Origin: Octopus bimaculoides
Taxonomy: Eukaryota
Length of the DNA stretch: 64,000 nt
Reading direction: 5' to 3'
Assembly: GCF_001194135.2 (NCBI RefSeq)
Contig: NC_068984.1
Span: 30,094,693 to 30,158,692 of the forward strand
Under the pieces are notes generated by a model. The model was given only the letters and a program-made list of their open reading frames with translations. It was not told the origin of the DNA and did no database searches. How positions within the stretch are numbered: the stretch's first letter is position 1; every line of letters begins with the position of its first letter. A program made the translations under genes and the position numbers. Below are positions 1 through 13,170 of the stretch, one piece after another.

Positions 1-563
1 ATATATGATATTATATATAATATATAATTAATTAAATGAGATACTGTATATTGTACATTGATTTTCCAATACATATTTTGAACATTTTTGGAACAAGTCA
101 CCTTATTAAGACTTGCTAGTTCACATTTAATTCCCATGTGATTATTCTTGGCACAAATCGACTTATTAACACTTTCACTTAGCTGTTTTGTCAATGTCAA
201 CGTTGTAACTAAGTAACCAGTTATTTGCACACACATACGTATGTATACATCATTACAGTTGTGACGATTACTCATAAAAACAGAATTTCTAAAGTTACTT
301 TCATTTTTTTAATATTCTTCCCCGGCTTTCTATTTGTGTAAGATATATACCTATGTGAGTGTGTGTGAGAAAAAATATCGTACGGAGATTTCATTTAATT
401 GATCAACTGTCAATTGTTTGATTGATCAATTGTCAACATGACATAACTACAGATGATCATAGCTTTCAGAAAATGGATATATTTTAATGAAATTTTCTAC
501 GAATATGTGTTATATCATGTAGACTCCGAGCATATAGGAATTTTAGGAGAAAACAATTGGGTG

Positions 564-664
564 TTATTTTGAGAACTGTTCCCCACTCGAGTGTGTTTCG
601 GAACAAGTCGTCCATATTTGTACGTCTTCTCTGTTTTCTGCATTTGTGCATCCGTAGATTTCTA
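564..664 (-). CDS. Weak candidate terminal exon (EIYGCTNAENREDVQIWTTCSETHSSGEQFSK*)
   Basis: Acceptor ttgtgttgcttcag|; phase-1 frame open to TAA at 566-564. No family recognised. Confidence 0.2.
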
Positions 665-952
665 CTGAAGCAACACAAGTTGTCAGTTACAAGTAAACGA
701 TTATTGAGGTTACAAAAATGCATTTGATCTTCATAAATATGATGAAACAAGTGTAAAGAGAAAAGTGTTGGAATTACTGAGTGTCTTGTTGATATATATA
801 AGNNNNNNNNNNNNNNNNNNNNNNNNNNNNNNNNNNNNNNNNNNNNNNNNNNNNNNNNNNNNNNNNNNNNNNNNNNNNNNNNNNNNNNNNNNNNNNNNNN
901 NNNNNNNNNNNNNNNNNNNNNNNGTGTGTGTGTGTGTGTATATATAAACCAC

Positions 953-1154
953 CTTTCTTTCCTCGAGCGTCTGCTAATACTTTGCATGTACCCCGTCCTT
1001 GTTTTTTCTTGTGTTTTTCTTGTTTTTTTTTTGTATTAACTATATGTATAACAGAAATAACATGTACAAGTACGTGTACGACTGCTACTGTTATATTAAG
1101 AACTTCGTGTAGATATTCATAAACCGGTTTACTTTCTGCCTGGTTGTTAATAAG
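953..1154 (-). CDS. Weak candidate exon (hydrophobic stretch then Lys-rich stretch)
   Basis: 202 nt open in phase 0->1 (LINNQAESKPVYEYLHEVLNITVAVVHVLVHVISVIHIVNTKKKQEKHKKKQGRGTCKVLADARGKK). Acceptor tccgtccaatag|; weak donor AAG|GTGGTT; phase matches 664-564. Confidence 0.18.
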
Positions 1155-1339
1155 CTATTGGACGGAATAATGCAAACAGTTATGAACTACAGAACACAAG
1201 TAGGAAATATAAGGACAAATTCAGGTTTCTTGTCTTAAAGTTCCTTACACGCGTTCGACTGACAATTTAAATAACAATTTACACATGGCCCTTTATCGAA
1301 GTGAATTTATATATTCATGTATAAGTAACTGGAAAACTT

Positions 1340-1352
1340 TGACCTTTGACCT
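1340..1352 (-). promoter_or_regulatory. Perfect DR1 nuclear-receptor element (AGGTCA-A-AGGTCA)
   Basis: tgacct-t-tgacct on the + strand; motif match only. Confidence 0.35.
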
Positions 1353-1671
1353 CTCGGCATATGTAAACTCCTAGCTATCTAATCAGCTTACCTAAACTTC
1401 GATGATCCATTGACAATTGACTCACATCTATCCATTCATTCATTTATTTACTACTCACCTCTTCATCTGTTACTCACCCCTTCCTTTATCTGTCTTTCGC
1501 CTACTATCTTCTCACTTTATCTTATTTTCATTCCATCCTTTCCTTTATTTACTCTCTCTCTCTCTCTGTATTTCAATTGAATTCATTCACTCACCTGTTT
1601 AAATATTTATATTTTGTATTTAAGTATGTGTATTCCTTTATATTCATATTATAATTTTAACATACACGCAC

Positions 1672-1674
1672 ACA

Positions 1675-1702
<28 letters not shown>
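1672..1702. repeat. (TACA)n microsatellite
   Basis: Seen directly. Confidence 0.95.
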
Positions 1703-1707
<5 letters not shown>

Positions 1708-1811
1708 GAATGTTTGTATGTATTTATATCTTTATTTTATATTGTATTCATAAATTTATATTTTAAAAATTACATACTTGATATATATATTTTGGTATTT
1801 TATATTGCATA

Positions 1812-1950
1812 TCAGAAGGTTAGGGCATTGCACTCACGATTGCTAGATATCGGGTTCGATTCCGGACTGAACAACGAGTTTTGCTCGTGAGCAAAACACT
1901 TCATTTCATGTTGTTCTAGTTCACTCAACTGTAGATGAGTAACCGATCGC
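1812..1950 (+). mobile_element. tRNA-derived SINE with CORE-like domain, decayed
   Basis: B-box-like gggttcgattcc followed by gagcaaaacacttcatttcatgttgttctagttcactcaactg; similar to the copy at 59295. Confidence 0.75.
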
Positions 1951-2269
1951 CTAGTCAGCAGGATGGCGTCATTTGAAAGCCAAAACAATGCAATTTTGGC
2001 TTTTTGTTCACCAGCAACTCTAAAAAGAGGAACATCTAACAAAAAAATATTTAGCCATTCTCTCGTGTTGCACGTAATAACTTTTCATGCTCAGATACAA
2101 CGTTTGATTTTTAAAAAATCCTAAAGAATTGAAATAACATGCTGTGAATAATTTTAAATTCTATCACGACTAAATCTTTTTAAAACTTTTAAAGAAAATC
2201 ATTATCTGCTTCAAATTATATTTAAATTGATAGTAAATAGACTAAACAGAATGTTTGAATGTATGTCAC

Positions 2270-2580
2270 CGTTTTGGAATTAAGGAAACTTTCGACCTAG
2301 GTGCTGAGAACAAATCGTTAACATATAAAAAATGTCAAAGGAAACAACCGAAAATTTTAATTAACTATTCCTGAAAAGCAGTTTCTAACAGGCTACAACA
2401 GATGCGTTCTCACATATTTACAAGTAATCCATTCAAAATTACTATCTTGGAAAAGAAGAATACCAAAGTTTCTATAAAACCCTATGAAATATTTGGGATA
2501 TGTTGGAGCAAGTACAAAAAGTGGCCATAAAAGCAGTTCAGACTATGGGGAAAAATACATGAAAATAGCCTTTCTTAACG
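2270..2580 (+). mobile_element. CR1/L2-type LINE RT C-terminal relic
   Basis: Broken frames give ETFDLG and DMLEQVQKVAIKAV, resembling the EKDLG and KLEKVQRRATK motifs of CR1-clade RTs. Confidence 0.45.
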
Positions 2581-3836
2581 ACTTGGCGCATTGCATATCT
2601 GTGTAGTAAAGATGTTTGTTTTACAAACTCGTGCACTCATTCAGTCGCACTGCATACCACTTTGCATGAGTGCCTTCTACTAACGGTCAAATTCTTGTAA
2701 GTGGAATTTGATAAACGGGAACTCTGTGAACGCTCATCATAGAGACGGTTCAGGTAATTGTGTGTATAGATAAGCGTAGTTAAATTTATTATCACCGGCT
2801 GAGGGTTTTATTGGAGTTCAACATGTAGAAAATATATGCTTCAGTTCGAGAGTGACAACATGTGCCTTTCTTACTATTAATACCGAAATTCCTGAAAAGA
2901 GAACTAATTCATATTTGGTTGGTGCATAATTATTGCGGTTTTTTTCAATAAATTTTATTCAACAAAAAAAAAAAAAAAAAAAAAAGCTTTAACAAACACA
3001 TTAAATGACTGTCTGATCGTCTGCCAAGCAAATGTGAAGCAGTAATTGAAGTAGATGGTGAATATGCTCCAGAATAATCATTTAAATATGATTTTGTCAC
3101 GTTGTTTTTGTTGAATAAAATTTGTCGGGTGGGGGAAGCCGCAATAATTATGCACCAACCCAATATAAACATATAAAAGTAGAACATCATGTGCACATAT
3201 TTAACTTTATTAACAGTGTCGTTATTCCTGGATTATAAAACATCAAACTAACGCTTAAAAGACATTTCCCAGTAAAATTATTGATTGATGACGATCATGA
3301 ACTCAATTTTGTGAATCACCCATCAGTTTATCATTAACACGCGTGGTATTCATGAATGGTTTTTGCTCAGGCTTTTCTTCTTTGATGCATTCAATATTTA
3401 TGACGTTGATGTCCTCTGAAACGTAACATTCGGAAAAGGTAGGCTTGAAGTAAAATAGTTATGAAAAAAAAAAAACTTAGGAAATAATCTAACTGTAATT
3501 CAACACATTATGTTATTTTTGATTATTGGGTACAAACTCTTTATCCATTTACATCAATGTCAGTATGCAAACGTGGTTATCTTCTTAGAATGGAGATTAT
3601 AATGCATTAATCAATGACTGAGTCGACATTTGATATTTTACTCCAATTCACGTCTATTATATCTGCCACCATGAAAATTGACATCGATCACACGGGCTTC
3701 AGTTTGTAAAAGTTCTGATATATGAAGTTCACATAGTAACGGATTCATCTGGGCATAGCTAGTTGAAATCCTTTCACCTGCGCCGTCTCATAGCCAGCTT
3801 CATATTCCTTGGTGTCAAAAAATAATTATATGGCCG

Positions 3837-3839
<3 letters not shown>

Positions 3840-3869
<30 letters not shown>

Positions 3870-3878
3870 TGTATGTAT
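3840..3878. repeat. (TATG)n microsatellite
   Basis: Seen directly. Confidence 0.95.
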
Positions 3879-3918
3879 GCATGTGTGTATGTATGTCATT
3901 ATTCACTTTTATTTCAAG

Positions 3919-3998
3919 ATTTCTTGCCAATCCAGAAAGAGCCGGTCTCTAACCCAGATCCAAGGCTCCTTCATTGGAATTTCAGCATCAACAACAGG
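3919..3998 (+). CDS. Isolated candidate plus-strand exon
   Basis: Acceptor ttcacttttatttcaag|, donor AGG|GTATTT; 80-nt GC-richer island between TATG repeats; open as DFLPIQKEPVSNPDPRLLHWNFSINNR or ISCQSRKSRSLTQIQGSFIGISASTT. No partner exon found. Confidence 0.3.
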
Positions 3999-4290
3999 GT
4001 ATTTTTGTTTGTACGTATGTATATGTGGAGATTTGTATGTTTTGTTTTATGTATGTATTCTCATGCATATTGTTGCATATCTAGACATGGTCATATATAT
4101 TTAAATAATAGACTTCTGGAAAGTTTTAGAGATTTTTACAGTTCCAGTGATGGATTGGATCTGTAGTCTTCGAATTAAGTTTTTTCCTTTCTGGTTTTGA
4201 GAAGCTTAAATGTTCCTGATTAGTATTTAGACAGTGTGCTACATATTCCAGGGCCCCAATAGTTACAGATATAAACCTGAACTTGTAATT

Positions 4291-4333
<43 letters not shown>

Positions 4334-4799
4334 GTATACGTTAGAGGTGTTTAAAGCCTCTAAGGGATAGATATATCCAAAGACACTTCTGGTAATTACC
4401 TCATTAGGTAAACGGTATGCGGCAGCAGGTAATTTAGCGGGTAACCGTAGTTTAATTTATATAGACGAGAGGGAAATGGAGGAAAAAATAACAAACAGAA
4501 GTGTCTTATACGCTAGTAAGCCATTATTTAATTAGCAAATAAAGAGTGAGAGTGAGAAGTTGTTTACGATTGTTTCTGTTTATCATGGTGAGGAAAAAAT
4601 ATATTTATATTTTTGCATCGTTGCCAGTGGTGGACATCGTCAGAACGAAAAAGTCAGAGGTAGAGAGAAGATGAGCGAAAGATCAATGGTTACATCGGTA
4701 AAGAGAAGATCAAAGGTTCGAGTGTCTTACGTTAGAATGATACAAACCTAAATATTAATAAAAATAAAAATAACGAGTCCCAAAAAAACAATATAATTC

Positions 4800-5350
4800 C
4801 AGTAAAGAACGATAACACCAAGCTATTTAGTTCACAATCCGTATAGAAATAATCTCAATAAAACTGGCACGAACAACAATAATGATAAACACAACTATAG
4901 AAAGAAATACAATAACTATAACTTCATGCACTATGCGAACACTGAGGGCAGCTTCTATACCAAAAATAACAATAGTAATAATAAACGAGATAGCGACAAG
5001 ATATGGCTAATAATTCCCTTCGCCATGCAGCTCGAATCGAAAATAGATCGCTCCATAATGAGATTCATAGATAAACATTTGAACGTGAGCAATAAATATG
5101 CAGCAATATTTATAAATAAAATAAGAGTAGGCCATAGCCTGACTAATAACTTAGCTACTATCATAGCCTCGATAGATAATAATAAACTGGACACATTCTG
5201 TAAAACCAGGAGAATCAGCAACATAATGCAGAATAGCTAACTCGCAAATAGAAGAAATCCCACCCCTAAAGATGCGCCTTCAAGCAACACGGACAACGAC
5301 CCGACAAAAAATACCCCCACCACCACCACCACCTCAACACACTACTAGCA
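4800..5350 (+). mobile_element. Penelope-like retroelement fragment (post-RT linker)
   Basis: ORF 4926-5240 KIWLIIPF...RFIDKHL...IFINKIRVGHSLTNNLATII matches the Penelope-like pattern IIWFNPPF...LIDKHF...IFNRNTVKVSYSCMPN. Confidence 0.7.
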
Positions 5351-6136
5351 CAGATAGACAGAATACTTTATGTGGCTGCAGAGACAGAAATAAGTGCCAA
5401 TTATATTTTGAATTACTTTAAAATTTTTTAATGATTTTCTTTACTTACTATTCATAGTATTTTATTTTGGTATACTTCATAAAAATTATTTACATTTCAG
5501 AGATTATAAATATATTTCTATAAATTAAGCGATTATTCTCAAGTCATTAAAAATATGGTTTAGCTAAGAGTTCGTTTGACTAGAGATCTTATCAACTCTT
5601 CTTCATTTCAGAGCTTTAGCATGTCTATGAGATTCTGTTTTGTTCCTGAAATTATCTCTAATCGAATTTTCTATAGGGAATATTATAGACGGGTAGTTGC
5701 TTTGGTTACATATTTACATATCAACACATAATCATCAGTTCAACAAAATTAGATAAAACATGTTAGTGTAAGTTACCTGTATTGGCTAACATGCTATGAA
5801 ATATGCTGAACGGTGCTGTTCCAGCAAGCTAGGTAATATCTTCGCATTCCACTCTCATCATCAGATTATCATCCAAGACAAACGATTTGAGACTACTTGA
5901 CTTTGAAAACCTTCATGTCTAATTAAACAATTACTAATGAGATTTCCAAAACGTAGCACGAAATCAATGAAAAATCTTATAATTGATCAAGTTCAATTTC
6001 TGGCCGTATTAATTAGTTTTCAGTCACTTAATGTCTATCGGACACTCATTAAAACATATGACGCCGTCTATTTCACGCTCTAGAAATTACAACAAGGACT
6101 ATAATATTTTCAATGGCTTCTTCATTTCTTATATAT

Positions 6137-6339
6137 AGATTTCAAATTTTGGCACAAGGTCAGCAATATCGAGTGAGTGGGTAAGTCGATTACATGAACC
6201 TCAGTTATTAACTAGTACTTATTTTATCGACCCTGAAGGGACAAAAGGAAAAGTCGACCTAGGCAGAATATGAACTCAGAAGGTAAAGACGGACGGAATG
6301 CCGCTAAGCATTTCACCCAGTGCTAACGATTCTGCCAGC
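6137..6339 (-). mobile_element. Octopus-type tRNA-derived SINE (family A)
   Basis: Reverse complement of ctggcagaatcgttagc...gagttca...gtcgac...ggtcgataaaataagtac...ccttgtgccaaaatttgaa. Confidence 0.9.
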
Positions 6340-8725
6340 ATGTAGCCTTCTTATTTCGTGTATATTAATTAGAATTATCATCTTATATATTCATTGAAAT
6401 ACGTGATATGGCAGGCAGTGATTATATTAGTAAAAACATTAGTAAAATACACTAAAATTTTACGTAACATTTTATAAGTAGAATATTCTCTAAAGTAATG
6501 AACTGGTATCAGTACAATCGACTTTCCCAACCTAAAGTAGATTTTAGAAGTTTGGCTATCCCCAAAAAAATTACGCCAAACCCAGTTATATCTGTAGCTG
6601 TGTATACATTTATTGCACAGTCTTAAAAAAGAGCCATAGTGATAAAGAACGCATTCCGACGTATAACAAGGCCCAGTAAGTGCAAAAGTAACATGTTAAA
6701 TAAGAAATATAAATCGCTCTCATTTTTTTTCAAATCATTATTTTCGATTAATTTCTCTCGTTTTAGCTAAGTAAATCGTTGAGGCCTCAATTTTATGTAT
6801 GGATCTTCGATAATACTCTTATTTGCCACATCTAAAATAACTTATTGCTGAATAATAATTTTGTCTAGCTTTTATTAAAATAAATGTGCTTATCTAAACA
6901 TGCGCCAATTAGAAGAATAGTAGTATCATAGATAAGTAGGAATTGAAAGGTATAAGGTTAAAGATAGTGTGCAGTTAACTACATAATGGACTGCGTAAAA
7001 GATATTTAATGAAATGAAACTTCACTTGTAATGGTAAAAAAGTGTATTTATGGAACTTCTCTAATTTTCAAGCTTTAATGATAATTTTATTCGTGTTAAC
7101 AATGGTAGTGGGAGAGTTCTGTAATTTATATAGATTACATATTACATGCCGACATGTACAGTGGAATGAGTTTGATCCCTAGTAGTCGCAGTGGAAATGT
7201 ATTCATCTTAGATCTGATAACGTGGCGTTTGGTGGAATTGTTAGAATAAATCGATTGGGCATATGGACATATTTTTGTGCCAATAATATACACTAACTTG
7301 GAAATGAAAAGTAATGACTCTGGAAAATATATGAATAACTTATATAGTTAAGTGTTAAGCAGATATAATTTTTAAAAATAAGTCAAAAACTATGTCCCTG
7401 AATCCATAGAAATTTCTGCAATGAGAAGAAACGTTAATGATGCGTTTTCAGAATAAAGGCAAGAGAGACCATGCGGAAGTTTCCTTCGTTTAAAACTGCA
7501 TGAGAATAATTGGAATAGAGTTGTGTATGTTAAAAGTACTTAGGCACCAAGGTTGATGGATTATACTTTCCTCTACTTCAAGTAGCCTACGGTAAAGTTT
7601 GAACTCGAAACTCAAGAATACTATATAACATCTCTCTACAGCCCAATGCACTAACCTTAACAATTCCCCCTGTTTGCCACAGTAAATTTATACAATATTG
7701 ATTCCGGAAGGATGAAATGCAGAGATGACCTTGGTGGTATTTGAACCCAGAACATAGGGACCTGGTGGAAAACCTGTTTGGATAAGGTTGGTCTTCGATT
7801 ATATCAGTTAAAAAAATATTCCAATGTAATGATATTCCCTCAGACGTATTTTCAGAAGGCCGTAGGTTTCACCGCTGCTGTTCTCTGTAGTGAAAAGAAA
7901 AGGAATCTGATATTTTAAGAGTTTCCCTTAGTCCTTCAGCCACAATACATCATATTCCTCTTCTCTCCTCGGCATACGATCTTATCTAAACTCTCAAACT
8001 TTATTGTATAAATCTTGCCAATGCAGACCCTCATCAAGTTCCTGAGAGTTCCTTACATCTTTTCCGTTTTCTTTTCAAACTTAAGAAAGATATTTATGCG
8101 AATTTCCTTTATCACCTGATAGGGATCTGTGTAAATTTTTTCCCGCGTAAATATAATATAAGGTAGTAATAGTATATATGATATAATAATATATAACGAA
8201 ATAATAATATATATATAATATAATAATATATAACGAAATAATAATACATATATCATATAATAGATATTGCGGAAAAGTAAGAGAATATAGCAATATACAT
8301 TTAATTCATGAATATCTACTCTTATTTATGTACCATTTATTTATTTCATATTTGTCAGGGAATAATTATTTTGACATTTCACTACTCGTGTGAATTATGC
8401 TTTATAAGTTTTGAAATATGCTGCAAAGAGACACTGTGGATGTCATTATAAAAAAAATACATATATCTGTTTGTTGGTAAGCATTCAGTCACTAATACTC
8501 TTCAACTTCATGTCGAATAAGCTAGCTATTACTTTTACTGAAGTAGACTGTCGATTTCTTTTAATTTATACCACTCCAAAATATGCATATTTTTACATCT
8601 GCCTCTTTAATAATCTATGCCCATTTAGTCATATATCAATAAAATCCGTGTTACAAATCAAATTGAAGATTAACGTTGTTCATGCTATAAGTGTCATGAG
8701 GTTAAATGTAAATATTGCCTAGTTG

Positions 8726-8891
8726 TTCGTCTGTTCTCACGTGCTGAGTTCAAATTCCGCCCAGATCGACTTTGCCTTCCATCCTTTCAGGGTCGATAAA
8801 ATAAGTACCGTTTTAGCAATGGGGTTGATGCAATCGACTTACCCTCTCTCCCGAAATTACTGGCCTCGTGCCAAAATTTGAAACCAATATT
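8726..8891 (+). mobile_element. SINE family A, 5'-truncated
   Basis: gagttcaaattccgcc...gactttgccttccatcctttcagggtcgataaaataagtacc...gtgccaaaatttgaaacc. Confidence 0.9.
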
Positions 8892-9219
8892 ACCTGGTTG
8901 TTTAATATTAAAGAGGGTAGTGTCATGTCTAGAACTGTAATAGTGTATAAATCATTATAGCTTTATCCATGAAAATAAAATGACAAGCTCATTTGCGGTA
9001 GACAAGCTATAGAAATGAGGTTGATAGTTTTTCACGATTAACTTTTGTGATTGAATTTATAATCAGATATCGATTACTTGTTTGGTCATTTTCATAAGGG
9101 AGAAATAATTTACTATAATATGTCAGTTTATTATCGTTAGCAGGAGTATATCTCGGTTCATTATAGGTAGCAAACTCTGATCGTCACACCCAAAACAAAA
9201 ACAACCTCTTCATTGCAAT

Positions 9220-9380
9220 TTGACTTGCTACAAGTCAAATATCTCCCAGTCTGTAGCCTACCATCTTTGAAAGAGGTAATACATAATTTGCTCGTGGATG
9301 GATGGAGCCTAAAAATGACTGGATAGGAAAGGCTGAATCCCCATTGATTAGACCATAGACCTGATCAATCAGCAATCATT
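9220..9380 (+). mobile_element. Short interspersed repeat (family D), decayed
   Basis: gacttgctacaagtcaaatatctccc...atagacctgatcaatcagc; related to 34520, 38875 and 60770. Confidence 0.45.
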
Positions 9381-11383
9381 GGGGTGGGGAGAAGAAAGAG
9401 GCACCCGGAATTGGCGGGATTTGAACTCGGTACTCATATCCAAATAAAGAAGATTCCGTGAAACATCATTTCTATCCCCCCTCCCACTACAACTGCTCGA
9501 TCATTTAATTGCGGTTAATTTATGGAAGCATTTTATTTAAATTGATGTAAGGAAAATTCCTATGATATATATTATTGAACAATGGATGTTGATTATTTGA
9601 AGTTGGCTTTCGTATATGCTATTCAATGTCGTTTCACTCTTTCGAATACGCTTGTTCAAAAGGATCTATTATGACAGTTATGTTTTCAGTATTGCTGTGA
9701 TCTATACGTTGCTTTCTTACGACGAAATCAATCGCATGTTAATGAAATTTGATCAAAATTGCTAATTTCATTGGCAAAGCAGACTAACAACATGTCTCTA
9801 TCAGATATAAATTTACAAAAATTTAGTTAGTTCCCTTTTGCACTTCAATAGATTTTCTTTAGAATCATGCACAAATAGAAAGCTGAATGTTCGCATATAC
9901 ATACACATAAAAATAAATATTTCGTAAATGTTACAAATGGCTATGATGCAGCACTTTTAATTATTCATTTATTGTTAATCCGCAATGGTTTTATTCTTAT
10001 GTTTTCAAGCTATTTAATATCTAAGCATGATTAAACACTTCATAAAATATATGATTACCTAAATACTTAGAAGACGGTTGATATCTCACAATTCATTTTA
10101 ATATCCAGCGCGTCGATAGTGTAATAGAAGTATGGTAAAATAAACTTACACTATATTTCCAAATCTTAAGTGATCTATGCAATATTAATATTATTATTCT
10201 TTTATCTAATTTTGTAAAGAATCTTGACAAGTTATGCATTGAAGCGTTATGTAACTTCCCAAAATGTTTCATTGCTTTCAGTTTCGTCTTGTGAGCTCTA
10301 TAGTCAGCTGTTCATGGCACAATTAACATTATCGAATGCATTTTGATGGATCTTGATCAAGGTCCACATACATGCGTAGTTGTTGATGTTATGGTTGATT
10401 ATTCCCAAATTAATCTACAATAGCATTTTTAATTCACTAAATGCCTCGCTTTACCTTTAACTAGCATCTCTACTGCAATTAATTTTATATCTAATTTTGA
10501 GTAAACGAAAGAGTATTTTCTTTTACAATGCGTTAAAAAAGAGACATATATTAACTTGATGTTATGCTGACATAATCTGCAAAGAAGATTTCATTGTAAG
10601 AGATGGCAACCACGTCTAAATAACAAATCTCTTACTACAATGAAAGAAATAATTGGCTTAAAATTTATGTGCTGGTGCTTCAACCAGAACGAAGATAATC
10701 TCAAGAGTGCGATTACTGTTATGTAATCATATCGGTTCTAGAAATGGTCTCAGACAAATCAGTCAACTAAGTTAAAAATTACTTCACAAACCTGTTCCTG
10801 TAAATTAGATCCAAGATAAATAATTCAAAATTGTACCCGAAACTATTATTCATGTCATACTACCAAGATGACGAGGAAATATAATACAATTATAACAATA
10901 GCAAACTGAGATAACAGAATTAGTATCGCATCAAAAGAGATTCAATAAATTGTGTCGATTTATCAATTACTAATGGTAGGTTTGTTTGACATTGCTTTCT
11001 CATCTTCAAAGTGTTGATTTATGAAAACTAGTGCAATACGGACGAGTAATTGGTGACAGTATCGCTCATGGGCAAGCGTTTTAACAAGTTTTCACTTTTG
11101 TTTGTACATATGGACAGTCTAGCAAATACCGATACATACACATATATAGGATAAGATATTTACCAAGTCAAGCTAGCAGATTGTTAGTTAGATGAACAAA
11201 CCGTCGGACAAATATGTAGATAATGAGGCATCTTGCTGCACAAAGAGAAAACTACCTATAACCGATGTTAAAGTACCTAATTGAGGGATAGAAAGACAAA
11301 TCACATTGACAGATGCCTGTGTGTCTATTGTCTGAATTTCTGAGACGAGGAATTATTAATATTGTTATTAATGTCAGTAATAA

Positions 11384-11529
11384 GGCGGTGAGCTGGCAGA
11401 ATCATTTTACGTCGAGCAAAATGCTTTGCGGCATTTCGTCCATCATCTGGGTTCAAATTACACCGAGGTTGACTTTGCCTTCCATCCTCTTGGAGTCGAT
11501 AAAATAAGTAGCTGTTACGCACTGGGGTC
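11384..11529 (+). mobile_element. SINE family A, 5' part, fused to family B
   Basis: ggcggtgagctggcagaatc...gggttcaaatt...gtcgataaaataagt...actggggtc. Confidence 0.9.
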
Positions 11530-11972
11530 AGTTCCACTGCGTGGTACCTTGGGCACGTATCTTTTACTATAGCCTCGGGCTGACCAAAACCTTGTGAGTG
11601 NNNNNNNNNNNNNNNNNNNNNNNNNNNNNNNNNNNNNNNNNNNNNNNNNNNNNNNNNNNNNNNNNNNNNNNNNNNNNNNNNNNNNNNNNNNNNNNNNNNN
11701 NNNNNNNNNNNNNNNNNNNNNNNNNNNNNNNNNNNNNNNNNNNNNNNTATTTATATAATTATATGTACATATGTTTTTGTGTCTGTGTTTGTCCCAACCA
11801 CCATCGCTTGACAACCGATATTGGTGTCAACTTAGCGGTTCGGCAAAAGAGACCGATAGAATAAGTACTAGGCTTACAAAGAATAAGTCTTAGGGTCGAT
11901 TTCTTCGACTAAAGGCGGTGCTCCAGGATGGCCGCAGTCAAATGATTGAAACCAATAAAAGAAGAAAAGAAT
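11530..11972 (+). mobile_element. SINE family B with an internal microsatellite (gap)
   Basis: ccactgcgtggtaccttgggca...ctatagcctcgggctgacc...[gap]...gcttgacaaccgat...cggcaaaagagaccgatagaataagtac...ggcggtgctccaggatggccgcagtcaaatg. Confidence 0.9.
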
Positions 11973-13079
11973 ATCTTATTTACACCCACCTGAACTTAAA
12001 TTATAAACGTACATGATTTACAGAAATACTAGTTTGTTTTATACTGTTCTCGTTCACTCGCTGTAGAAAATTCTGGCGCAAATATATTTGCTGCTTTACG
12101 TTGAGTTGATCTTCGAAGGAACCTAGACATAGACAACAAATAGAAAGAGAAAAAGAGAAAAGTATTGTTTTACTTGTTTCAGTTATTTGACTGCGGCTAT
12201 GCTGAAGCATGACGAAAATTCCACATCTTGTGCCCTTGAAATATCTACATACATATAATAGGTAATGCCAAATAACTTCTCAAAATATATCCTATATTAT
12301 ATTAGCGTGCGGCCATCAATAGCAATTCAAAGGGAAGGGTATAATTAAATTAAAATCTAGTTGTTATCCTTATTTTAGATATCTTCAAAGACTGAAAATT
12401 GTCAATGGACGCAACAAAACAAGAATATCTTTGTCCCTCAGTTGTAGGGCATTGAAATGGAATGATAAAACCTTGAAATCTCGAGACAACTAAAAAGACT
12501 AAAATAAGACGCCTTTCAAATTAATATCTAACCGAGTCGTATGCAACACAGCTTCAGGAGAAATACTTGGCCAAGAAGTAAAATTAAAGCAACTATATTC
12601 GATGCCTGCGACTAAATTTCAAAGTTATGTAATTAAAGCAATATAGATTTATTTGGTTAATATTTTACTATTGATGTTCACCATAAATTGGTATGATGAT
12701 TGGTTTTCCTTTACATTTAAAATAACTGTATATATGGTTAATTTTAAAGATAAAAAAGAAAGCGATCATTTATTTTACTTACTTCAATAAATATTGCATC
12801 AAACACAACTGCAGCCGTAGTTTTATGTGCGCCAATGCAGTCGTATAATTAAAATGATTATGCGCAATGTCATGTATACACACACATACACATACATGCA
12901 CACGCGTGCAGTCATATACATATACACATATCTTTCTTTACTTCTCCTTCTCCAACTTTCTCTTTATATATATGCATGTATGTATGTATGTATATATACA
13001 CATACACACACACGCACAGAGACACATTTTCATCTATTTATGCCAAAGGACGCATTCACATAAAGTTATCGTATCAATA

Positions 13080-13080
<1 letters not shown>

Positions 13081-13169
<89 letters not shown>

Positions 13170-13170
13170 C
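13081..13170. repeat. Compound (TAT)n(TAG)n microsatellite
   Basis: Seen directly. Confidence 0.95.
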
